A DNA stretch of 64,000 nt. It comes from Pyrodictiaceae archaeon (lineage in GTDB: Archaea > Thermoproteota > Thermoprotei_A > Sulfolobales > Pyrodictiaceae). The DNA lies in the NCBI GenBank assembly GCA_027036135.1, contig JALVSY010000007.1, forward strand, positions 132,880-196,879, in the 5' to 3' direction. The position numbers were made by a program, and so were the translations under genes. Positions 30,352-39,234 of the stretch are shown piece after piece (positions within the stretch are counted from its first letter, which is position 1; every line of letters starts with the position of its first letter). The notes under the pieces are model-generated. The model made no database searches, was not told where the DNA came from, and was given only the letters and a program-made list of their open reading frames with translations.

Positions 30352-33300
30352 TTGGATACAGAAGACAAACAAGTCAGAGTACTCGTCGTGTCAACGAGAA
30401 CTAGTCTTGCCCCTCTCCTAGAAGCCGCGAGGAGAATCAATGAGGCCCGAGCGGCCAGTATTAGTGTGATTATTTATTATCAGCACGAGCTTGATAGAGA
30501 CCCTGGCCTCCTAGAGGAGCTCTGTAGTGACGCTGTAGAAGCAGACATTGTCCTTATTGACTGGAGGTCTGGGATGAGCAGGGCCCTGGAGCGGCTATCT
30601 GAGTGCCTCTCGAGGAGCAGGGCCCGTCTAGTGATCCCGCTCGTGGCTGGTGATCCGCGTGTACTGAGGCTTGCAAGGATAGGTATCCTTAGGGGCTTTG
30701 AGCCCCGAATGGGGAGCAGCGATCGCATAGACTTGTCTAGGGTGTGGAGGTTTTTCAGCTGGCTAGAGAGGAGCAAGCTGGCTAAGGCTGCTCCGGGGCT
30801 ACGTGATGCGAGGCTATGGGCTCTTGCAGTGAGGTACTGGAGTGAGGGGGACTCTTGGAACATTGAGCAGATGCTGAGAATGCTTCTCTCCAAGCTAGGC
30901 CATGGGCTCAGCTACGAGCCGCCGCGCCGCATAGTAGAGCCTGGTAAGGTTTACTTGCCCGGCAAGGGTGTGCTGGGGCTCCGTGAGGCACAGAGACTCA
31001 TAAAGGAGCCTAGGGTCGCGATTCTACTATATGCTGGTATGCACTTTGACCAGACACGAGTCGTCGCAGAGGCCCTAGCAGACGCGCTTGGGAGAAGAGG
31101 TATAGGCGCGTACATGGTTATTGGGGGTGGAAGCGAGGACTTAGTCGGCCAAACCAGGCTCATAGAGAAGGCACTGAGCGGGGCGAGGATAGAGGCACTG
31201 ATTAATCTCCAGTGGTTCCGCATAGAGGGAGGCCCCTATGGCGGTGACTACGAGGAGGCCATTAACCTCCTCAAGAGATTTGATGTACCTCTCATAGACG
31301 GGCTCATCATGTATATGAGCGAGGTAGAGGAGTGGCGGAGGAGAAGCCAGGGCTTATCACCGATAGAGGTCTTGGCTGGCGTCGCGCTACCCGAGGCTGA
31401 TGGCGCTATTGAGCCGATACCCCTCGCAGGCCTCGATGAAACCAGGGCAAAGAACATGGTGGTTCTCCGCGACCGTGTCGAGAGGAGAGCTGAGCGCATA
31501 TCCTCTTGGGTTAGGCTCCGGGGCAAGAAGAACAGCGAGAAACGAGTAGCAATCATAATCTACAATTACCCGCCGGGCAGAGACAACCTGGGATCAGCTG
31601 CCTATCTCGACGTGTTCCGGAGCATTGAGAGACTCCTAGCCGCGCTAGGCTCCGAGGGGTATAAGGTGGAGCAGCTCTCAGCCACTGAGCTGAAGAGGCT
31701 CTTTGTTGAGGAGGGCCTCTTTAATGCGGGTAAGGAGCCGCCGAGGAGCTGTGGGATACGCGTAGGCGCAGCGACTTACAGGAAGTGGTTTAGTGAGCTG
31801 CCACGATGCCTCCGTGACCGCGTTGTGGCGGTGTGGGGCTCTCCCCCTGGCGAGCTAATGGTTGACGAGAACGGGTTATGTATACCCGGCATAGTTGTCG
31901 GTAATGTCTTCATCGGTGTGCAGCCGTCAAGGGGGGTGCATGAGGATCAAGAGAAACTGTACCATGACAAGGATCTCCCACCGCATCACCAGTACGTGAC
32001 CTTCTACCTATGGCTGAGGAGGGGTTTCCGAGCCGACGCGGTTATTCATCTAGGGACTCATGGCACTCTGGAATTATTGCCTGGGAAGGAGGTGGGGCTC
32101 GATGAGTGTAGCTTCCCGGATGCCTTGATAGGGGATCTCCCCAACATATATGTGTGGCACGTCACTAATTCCTCGGAGATGATAGCGGCTAAGAGGAGGA
32201 GCTACGCCTACATAGTCACGCATCTGCCTCCACCGCCCTCCGAGGCGGGGCTAAGCCCTGGGCTTGAGAAGCTAAGGGAGATGCTAGACGAGTACATCGA
32301 GGCAAAGCAGCTCCATCCGGAGAGGGCTAGGCTTCTCTGGGAGAAGCTTAGGGAGGAAGCAAAGAAGCTAGGCTTTAGCCCAGAGAGCCCAGAGGAGCTA
32401 CACGAGATAATAGAGGATGCCGAGAGGGAGGCAATACCCCTAGGCCTACACATCCTCGGCGACAAATGGGGCGAAGAGGAGATAGAGAGGTACCTTGTCC
32501 TCTACGAGAGGAGGAAACCGAGTGGACTGCATAAAGTAGTAGCCAAGGCACTTGGCTACGACTATGACCGCTTGCTAAGCGATCCAGGCCTCCGCGAAGT
32601 ACTGGCCCGCGTGGATAGAGTCGTAGAGGACTCCATAAGGCGGGTAATGAGAGGGGATAAACGGGGCGCGCTAAGCATCCTACCCGCTAAGGCTAGGAGG
32701 AGCGCCGAGAAGGAGATAGAGACGCTGCTAGACGCTGTTAAACGGATCCGGGAATCCGATGAGATAGAGAGCGTGCTTCACGCGCTTAGAGGAGGCTATG
32801 TTGAGCCCCGTGTGGCTGGTGATCCTCTGAGATACCACGATGTGCTGCCAACGGGCTCGAACGGGTACAGTTTTGATCCGAGACTAGTGCCGAGCGAGGC
32901 TGCCATAGAGCTGGGGTGGAGACTAGCAGAAGAGCTTCTCAAGAGACACGTAGAGAAGCACGGAAAGTGGCCAGAGACAATAGGCCTCGTACTATGGGGC
33001 TTCGAGACAGCCGGTACCCGTGGAGAGACAGTAGGGCTCATATTCGCACTCCTAGGCGTTAGGCTTGTGCGCAAAGGGCCCTGGGGATATCGACTCGAGC
33101 CAGTACCACTCAAGGAACTCGGCAGACCCCGTGTAGACGTCGCTATCTCTATTTGCGGGTTCTTCCGAGACATGTTCCCACACCTCATAGAGATGATTGA
33201 CAGGGCTATTAGGCTAGTAGCTGACCTCGAGGAACCACTAGACTCCAACTATGTGAGGAAGCACGTCATCGAGATGAAGGCCAGGAAGCACCTAGACCCC

Positions 33301-34098
33301 TATGCCAGGATCTTCGGCCCGAAACCCGGGGCCTATAACACGCGGCTAACAGAGCTAATAGAGACCGGGGCATGGGTAAGCCAAGAGGAGCTAGCAAGAA
33401 CCTATCTCGAAGACATGGGCTACATCTATACCGAGAAGCTACACGGGGTAAAGGACACAGAGCACGTCGAGCTACTATTATCGAGCGCTGAGCTCGCGGC
33501 ACAAGTGAGGTATAGTACAGAGTATGACGTAGTAGACCTAGACCACTACTACGAGTTCCTAGGAGGCTTAAAGACAGCCGCGGAGAAGGCCAGGGGAGAA
33601 AACATTGACGCGTACTGGGCTGATACGAGTAGCCATCGGCTCCGAGTAACAACGCTCCAAGAAGCCATAGCGTACTCTAGCCACACAAGGATACTAAACC
33701 CGAAGTGGATAGAAGCAATGCTACGCCACGGCTACGACGGTGTTAGGGAAGTAGCTAACCGTGTAACAAACCTCCTAGGGCTCGCAGCGACAACGAAGAG
33801 CGTGCCAGAAAACATCTGGCACAGCATAGTAAATGAGTACTTAGGGAACAAGCAACGCTTGAGAAAAATGATGCAAGAGAACCCCTATGCGGTGAGAAAG
33901 ATGGCTGAGAAACTACAAGAGGCAGCTCTGAGGGGCTACTGGAGCCCCAGCGAGGAAGAGATGAAAATTATATCGGAGATACTGGAAGAGCTACTGCAGA
34001 GCCACGAGCCTACAGAACACGAGTCCCAGGGATGTACGGCACGCACTGGGCAGCTGGCCCGGGAACAGCATCACGATGTACTGGGAGGCGAAGCCTAG
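30352..34098 (+). CDS. cobN: CobN/BchH-family tetrapyrrole chelatase large subunit
   Basis: YNYPPG, PPHHQY, HLGTHGTLE, LPTGSN, RPRVDV, LNPKWIEAMLRHGY motifs. Confidence 0.88.
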   Translation: MDTEDKQVRVLVVSTRTSLAPLLEAARRINEARAASISVIIYYQHELDRDPGLLEELCSDAVEADIVLIDWRSGMSRALERLSECLSRSRARLVIPLVAGDPRVLRLARIGILRGFEPRMGSSDRIDLSRVWRFFSWLERSKLAKAAPGLRDARLWALAVRYWSEGDSWNIEQMLRMLLSKLGHGLSYEPPRRIVEPGKVYLPGKGVLGLREAQRLIKEPRVAILLYAGMHFDQTRVVAEALADALGRRGIGAYMVIGGGSEDLVGQTRLIEKALSGARIEALINLQWFRIEGGPYGGDYEEAINLLKRFDVPLIDGLIMYMSEVEEWRRRSQGLSPIEVLAGVALPEADGAIEPIPLAGLDETRAKNMVVLRDRVERRAERISSWVRLRGKKNSEKRVAIIIYNYPPGRDNLGSAAYLDVFRSIERLLAALGSEGYKVEQLSATELKRLFVEEGLFNAGKEPPRSCGIRVGAATYRKWFSELPRCLRDRVVAVWGSPPGELMVDENGLCIPGIVVGNVFIGVQPSRGVHEDQEKLYHDKDLPPHHQYVTFYLWLRRGFRADAVIHLGTHGTLELLPGKEVGLDECSFPDALIGDLPNIYVWHVTNSSEMIAAKRRSYAYIVTHLPPPPSEAGLSPGLEKLREMLDEYIEAKQLHPERARLLWEKLREEAKKLGFSPESPEELHEIIEDAEREAIPLGLHILGDKWGEEEIERYLVLYERRKPSGLHKVVAKALGYDYDRLLSDPGLREVLARVDRVVEDSIRRVMRGDKRGALSILPAKARRSAEKEIETLLDAVKRIRESDEIESVLHALRGGYVEPRVAGDPLRYHDVLPTGSNGYSFDPRLVPSEAAIELGWRLAEELLKRHVEKHGKWPETIGLVLWGFETAGTRGETVGLIFALLGVRLVRKGPWGYRLEPVPLKELGRPRVDVAISICGFFRDMFPHLIEMIDRAIRLVADLEEPLDSNYVRKHVIEMKARKHLDPYARIFGPKPGAYNTRLTELIETGAWVSQEELARTYLEDMGYIYTEKLHGVKDTEHVELLLSSAELAAQVRYSTEYDVVDLDHYYEFLGGLKTAAEKARGENIDAYWADTSSHRLRVTTLQEAIAYSSHTRILNPKWIEAMLRHGYDGVREVANRVTNLLGLAATTKSVPENIWHSIVNEYLGNKQRLRKMMQENPYAVRKMAEKLQEAALRGYWSPSEEEMKIISEILEELLQSHEPTEHESQGCTARTGQLAREQHHDVLGGEA

Positions 34099-34314
34099 GC
34101 AACTATGGCGCAGGGCTCCATAGGGGTGGTTAACTCTACTGCTGGTTGAGTTAACTGCGAGTTAACTTCACCAACAACTCAAGTGTGGAACTAAACGATA
34201 ATGCTCTCCCAGGACATGACTAGGCAGAAACCCGGAGGGAGAAGAGAGCACAAAGTAGCCAAGGGGCTTGGCACTGGGCTCTCGCTAACCAGGTGCTCGG
34301 AGACAAATACGCTC

Positions 34315-34719
34315 TCAGAGGGCTACTCGGCGAGCTCCCTTGAGGGGCTTTGCCACGTCCCTGGCTTTCCGGAGTATCTCTGTATCCTCTGTGACTAGTA
34401 CTAGGCCTAGCTTCCTAGCAACATAGACATAGGCTGAATCATAGTAGGTTAGCCTCGTCTTCTCTGCTACCCGGGCTATTCCTTCAATGTCCTCTGGCCC
34501 GAGCCTTATTATCTCCAGTATCCTTGCAGCCTTGGTAACTGATTTCATGAATCCGGTGTAGCTTCTCAGCAATTTCCTCCTCCAGGACACGAGAGCAGCG
34601 TTACCTATCTCGTAGAGCGTCAAGTCCAGTATAGCCGAGTCCTCTAATATACTGGTATACTTGTAGGGCTCAAGAATTATAAGGTAGAGGGCTGACGCGT
34701 CCAAGAGGTACTTAGGCAA
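34315..34719 (-). CDS. vapC: PIN-domain toxin
   Basis: LLDASA, YEIGNA, TYYDSAY, LVTED intact. Confidence 0.9.
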   Translation of the reverse strand: MPKYLLDASALYLIILEPYKYTSILEDSAILDLTLYEIGNAALVSWRRKLLRSYTGFMKSVTKAARILEIIRLGPEDIEGIARVAEKTRLTYYDSAYVYVARKLGLVLVTEDTEILRKARDVAKPLKGARRVAL

Positions 34720-34945
34720 TGTGAGCTCTGCTCCTCTCCTCTCTTATAATCCTTATCCACTCCTCCTTGCTTAGTCCCTGTAGCTGCTCCCTCATCTCCT
34801 CAAGGGCTTCGAGGAGCTGCTTGCGCCTAGCCTCTCTTATAGCCTCCTCTAGGGCCTTCTCAACCACCTCCCGTACATTGATACCTAGCTGCTCCGCCTC
34901 CCGCTTGAGCTCTTTCCTAACCCTCACAGAGAGTACAGTGCTCAC
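34712..34945 (-). CDS. vapB: CcdA-like RHH antitoxin
   Basis: STVLSVRVRKELKREAEQLGINVREVVEKALEE. Confidence 0.85.
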   Translation of the reverse strand: MSTVLSVRVRKELKREAEQLGINVREVVEKALEEAIREARRKQLLEALEEMREQLQGLSKEEWIRIIREERSRAHIA

Positions 34946-35815
34946 AGCAACCCTCCTCCGAGTATACGGAGGCCACGTATACACTAGATATATCTTACCA
35001 GCAATAAGCAAGGTAACCGACAAGAATCCAATGAATAACAACAACAGAGTAACAAACACCCTAGGTAATACACTAGGAACAGGTACCTCGTGAAACTGGT
35101 GTAGCTGAGCTAGATAAGATGCGGGCCGAGAGCCGGGTAGCTCGGCTAAAACTATTCTGGTAGATACTAATATTTTCAGTTATAGGAGCAATGTTTAGAC
35201 CCTACCAAGGATAATACACAACCGGGCCTGTCCCCGTCCCGGGGCCCTCTCTGGTCTAGCTCTTTTATGCCCCGGGCCGCGCATCGCTAGGGCTAATAGT
35301 TATGCTTATTGATCAATATTTTCGCCTATAGGCGTAACTGTTAGGCCTTACCAAGAGTATTACGCCACACGGGGTTCCCAAGTAGGTCTCTGGTGCCTGG
35401 TCTAGCACATTTACTACCCCGGTGTGTAAAAAACTGGGCTAACAGGTTGCTGTTGAGCCTAAGTGTATCCACTTATGGATCGAGCGGTGTACCGAGTACA
35501 CTGTACTGCTCCTCAATTATAGATATGCTTGTTGATGAGAACGTGTAGGCCTAGAGCGGGGGGAAAAATGTTTATCATGTTAATCCGTGCATCTCTCTGC
35601 CACTTTGCATGGCTACATGTTTTTAACCATATAGCTAGTCATGACTAGGGAATTCTCCGAGGAGAGTGCTGAGAACAAGAAGAGCTACAAATGCCTAGGC
35701 GGGACTGAGTGCAGCGATTCTGCGAGGCTGCATGGTTGTTCTATAATAGTGTGAGCCGGGGGTAAAGGATTAACAGTGATACTCTTGTCCTAGTATTCCG
35801 TGGAGGTGGCTCTCT

Positions 35816-36514
35816 CTGGCTATCAACGACAGTGCTAGGAGGCGGGAGCTGGTAAGCGAGATAATAAAGGCTATCGAGGAGGATCGTGAGCTACGCTATA
35901 TGCTGCTCGGTGCACTAGGGTTCCAGGAGCTTTTGGAGAGGTTTGCACAGCTAGAGGAGCGCCAACAGAAACTTGAGGAGCGATTCGCCCAGCTAGAGGA
36001 GAGGTTTGCTAGGATTGAGGAAAGACAGCAGAGACTGGAGGAGCGATTCGCCGAGCTTGAGAAGCGTTTTGCTAAGCTTGAGGAGAGGTTTGCTAGGATT
36101 GAGGAGGAGATGAGGGAGACTAGGAGGGTTGTCACAGTTATTGCTCATCGCTTCGGTGTTATTAGTGAGAAGGCTTTCAGGGAGGCTATGAAGTATGTTG
36201 TTGAGGACGTGTTCGGCGTCGCTACTGTAGAGAAGTGGGTATACAAGGACAATGAGGGCGTTGTTTACGGGTACCCGGCTGTTGTCGAGGTTGATGTGCT
36301 TGTACGCGACTCTGAGCACATATTGCTCGAGGTCAAGTCCAGGGTCTCGAAGGCAGATGTATCCGAGCTCTACAGGATAGGTGTGCTCTACGAGAAGGTT
36401 GAGGGGAGGAAGCCCCGGCTAGTCATACTAGGCGGCTTCATAGACGAGGAGGCTAGGAGGCTGGGCAAGAGACTCGGAGTCGAAATAGTACCCATTGTGT
36501 CACCGTCCATGTAG
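35816..36514 (+). CDS. Coiled-coil + PD-(D/E)XK nuclease protein (DUF3782-like), probable CTG start
   Basis: IEEDRELRY N-terminal motif lies upstream of ATG 35900; heptad repeats; EVDVLV...LLEVKS. Confidence 0.8.
   Translation: MAINDSARRRELVSEIIKAIEEDRELRYMLLGALGFQELLERFAQLEERQQKLEERFAQLEERFARIEERQQRLEERFAELEKRFAKLEERFARIEEEMRETRRVVTVIAHRFGVISEKAFREAMKYVVEDVFGVATVEKWVYKDNEGVVYGYPAVVEVDVLVRDSEHILLEVKSRVSKADVSELYRIGVLYEKVEGRKPRLVILGGFIDEEARRLGKRLGVEIVPIVSPSM
35936..36105 (+). repeat. Imperfect 21-bp tandem repeat encoding about 8 EERFAxL heptads
   Basis: GAGGAGAGGTTTGCTAGGATT and GAGGAGCGATTCGCC units recur. Confidence 0.85.
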
Positions 36515-36627
36515 CTTCTTCCGCCTCCAATTGATACTGGTTATCTTCAGTGCATTGGGTAACCTGTCTCGTTGTGTAATTCTTCGACCCGATTATTCCT
36601 TATCACTGTCTCTGGTGATACCTGGCC

Positions 36628-37053
36628 GTGGATGCGGGTCTGGAAGAGCTTGCTAGGTGCTTGGGCAGGGTTGCGAGACGCTGGGGGCTTCGCTATGTTG
36701 TTCTCTATGGGTCCCGTGCCAGGGGGTATGCTGGACCCCATAGCGACTATGACTTGGCCGTCAAGGCTGGTAGGAGGCTTGGGCTCCGTGAGCGCGGCGC
36801 TTTGTTCTCTGAGCTAGGGTCTTGTCTACCGCCAGGGGCTCGGCTGGACCTAGTATTGCTTGATGACTGGGACCCAGTTCTGGCCTGGGAGGCTCTGGGG
36901 CGCGGCAAGCTCATCTACTACTGTGGAGAGGAGTGTCTAAGGGAGTACTACGAGGACCTTGCCAGGGCCTTGGACGAGGTCGCTGACCTTGAGCCTGTTA
37001 TAAGGTTGTTCCGGAGGGAGGCTAGGCGTGCCCTCGCCGGGCATCGTGACTAG
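36628..37053 (+). CDS. Minimal nucleotidyltransferase (MNT) antitoxin
   Basis: LYGSRARG...SDYDLAV. Confidence 0.9.
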   Translation: MDAGLEELARCLGRVARRWGLRYVVLYGSRARGYAGPHSDYDLAVKAGRRLGLRERGALFSELGSCLPPGARLDLVLLDDWDPVLAWEALGRGKLIYYCGEECLREYYEDLARALDEVADLEPVIRLFRREARRALAGHRD

Positions 37054-37453
37054 GGTTACTCGGGCTCGTAGGAGCCTCGAGAAGCTGAGATGGATAGCTT
37101 CTAGGCCCTATGAGGAATACATGAGCGACGAGGATATCAGGGTACTAGCTGAGCGTTATCTTCACATATTGCTAGAGGCTATACTCGATCTTGCCGCGTT
37201 CATAGCTGCCCGCAGGGGTATTGCTCGGGGACCCACTTATCGCGACGTTGTAGAGGCTGTTATCTCTGCAGGGCTTGTTCCCCAGGAGCTCAAGGAGCTG
37301 GCGAGAAGCATCCCTGGTATGAGGAATATACTTGTCCACGGCTATGCCGAGATAAGACATGATATACTCTACGAGACGCTGAGGAGCGAGCTTGAGGCCT
37401 TGGGGAGGCTGCTCCTTGTTCTCTGGGAGGAGGCTGAGCGGCTAGACCCGTAG
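37028..37453 (+). CDS. HEPN (DUF86) RNase toxin
   Basis: MRNILVHGY Rx4H motif; paired with the MNT gene. Confidence 0.9.
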   Translation: MPSPGIVTRVTRARRSLEKLRWIASRPYEEYMSDEDIRVLAERYLHILLEAILDLAAFIAARRGIARGPTYRDVVEAVISAGLVPQELKELARSIPGMRNILVHGYAEIRHDILYETLRSELEALGRLLLVLWEEAERLDP

Positions 37454-37520
37454 ATCACGGGGCTATGAAAATGAACCGGGGAGTATCGGGAAGGTAATGG
37501 GTGCTCTTGACCCCCTGCAC

Positions 37521-39230
37521 CTACTTTTTCGTGCTTTGCTTTGTCTCGGGTGTGTAGCAATATTCTCTCCTTGCATGGTCTAGTGTTATTTTGCCGTCTT
37601 CTAGGTCTTGGAGTATTAGTTGCTCGTCTCTCTGGCAGGGGTCTCCGTAGCCTCCCCCGCCTGGCGTGTTTATGTAGACTGTGTCTCCTGGCCTGAGGAC
37701 TATGGTTTTCTTAGCTCCTAGTTCTATTTTCTCGCCATTAGCTCTTACCACGTAGTGGTGGGATGATTGGCCAGGTTTGCCTCCTCTTAGGCCCCATGGT
37801 CGTAGCCTGTAGCGCTCGGAGAATACTGTGACTGTTGCTTCTTCTAGTACTGTGAATGCTCTTGTTATTCCTAGTCCTCCTCGGTACTTGCCTGCTCCGC
37901 CGCTGTTTGGTCTTAGCTCGTAGGCTTTGAAGAGGACTGGGTACTCTGTCTCTATTACCTCTATAGGTGTGTTGAGCGTGTTGGTCATGTTGGTGTGTAC
38001 TCCGTCTACTCCGTCGCAGCATGGTCTTGCGCCGGTGCCGCAGCCTATGGTCTCGTAGAATGCCCAGGCCCTGCCCCCGACCGTGACGTTGGTCATGGTT
38101 CCGCAGCTGGCCGCTGGTACTTTGTCCGGGAATGCGTCTGCTAGTGCCCGGAGCACCACATCCGCTATGCGCTGCGATGTCTCGACGTTGCCTCCACCCA
38201 CGGGTGCGGGGGGCTCTGGGTTCACTATGGTTCCTCGCGGCGCGTGTATCTCTACTACGCGGTAGAAGCCATGGTTCATAGGCATATCCGGGTCTATTAC
38301 TGATTTCAGCGCATAAGTTGTCGCCGCGACTGTTACTCCATAGACAGCGTTTAGGGGCTCATCCACCTGGCTATGGGACCCCGTGTAGTCTACTCTTATC
38401 CGCTCCCTGGTTATCTCTACCCTAGCGTGTATCCGTGCTAGCTCGCCGCTGCTTAGCTCTAGGTAGTCCTCTGCCTCATAGACCCCGGCTTTACCGTGCT
38501 TCTCTACTAGCTCTACTAGCCGGTTCCTCGTGTAGCGCTCTGTGTAGCCCAGTATCTCGCTCCACGCCTCGAGCAGGGCCTCGGCGCCATACTTCTCTGC
38601 TAGTTCGCGTACACGCTTCTCCCCGAGGCGTAGCGCCGCTATCTGAGCCATGAGGTCTCCTTGGAAGTACCTCGGTGTCCTAACGTTGGCCTGTATGAGG
38701 CGAACTATGTCGCGTCGCAGCTCTCCATTCTCTACTATCTTTACGGGTGGTATCACTGTTCCTTCTTCTAGGAGTAGCTTTGCTCCCCCGCCGATGCTCC
38801 CGGGGACTGCTCCACCCACGTCTACGTGGTGGGCCTTGTTAGCTACTAGTGCTACTAGCTTGTCGCCTACATAGACGGGTTTGAGCACCATGAGGTCGTT
38901 TAGATGAGTGCCCGAGATGTACGGGTCGTTGGTTAGTACTACGTCGTCGGGGCCTAGTTCCTCGCCCTCCTTCTCAAGGTACCTTACTAGGTTCTTTGCC
39001 CCGACTGGCATGCTTCCTAGGTGGACTGGTATGTGCTCTGCCTGTGCGAGTAGGTCGCCGCTCGGGGTTAGTACCGCGCAGCTATGGTCTAGGCGGTCTC
39101 TTATATTGGGGCTGAACGCGGTGTTTCGTAGGACTACTCCCATTTCCTCCGAGGCGTAGATGAGTGCGTGCCTTATTACCTCGACAGTGACGGGGTCAAC
39201 CATTTGTTCCCGCACCTCTTTGCGCCACAA
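37521..39230 (-). CDS. Hydantoinase B / 5-oxoprolinase subunit
   Basis: SPNIRDRLDHSC, HIPVHLGSM, NDPY..GTHLND, TPGGGGYG. Confidence 0.93.
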   Translation of the reverse strand: MWRKEVREQMVDPVTVEVIRHALIYASEEMGVVLRNTAFSPNIRDRLDHSCAVLTPSGDLLAQAEHIPVHLGSMPVGAKNLVRYLEKEGEELGPDDVVLTNDPYISGTHLNDLMVLKPVYVGDKLVALVANKAHHVDVGGAVPGSIGGGAKLLLEEGTVIPPVKIVENGELRRDIVRLIQANVRTPRYFQGDLMAQIAALRLGEKRVRELAEKYGAEALLEAWSEILGYTERYTRNRLVELVEKHGKAGVYEAEDYLELSSGELARIHARVEITRERIRVDYTGSHSQVDEPLNAVYGVTVAATTYALKSVIDPDMPMNHGFYRVVEIHAPRGTIVNPEPPAPVGGGNVETSQRIADVVLRALADAFPDKVPAASCGTMTNVTVGGRAWAFYETIGCGTGARPCCDGVDGVHTNMTNTLNTPIEVIETEYPVLFKAYELRPNSGGAGKYRGGLGITRAFTVLEEATVTVFSERYRLRPWGLRGGKPGQSSHHYVVRANGEKIELGAKKTIVLRPGDTVYINTPGGGGYGDPCQRDEQLILQDLEDGKITLDHARREYCYTPETKQSTKK

Positions 39231-39234
39231 AGGG

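Noticed and set aside
35193-35368. Two similar 30-mers (GTTTAGACCCTACCAAGGATAATACACAAC and GTTAGGCCTTACCAAGAGTATTACGCCAC), with a weaker look-alike near 3373, as a degenerate CRISPR array
   Set aside because: Only two imperfect copies about 147 bp apart, no intermediate repeat and no cas genes.
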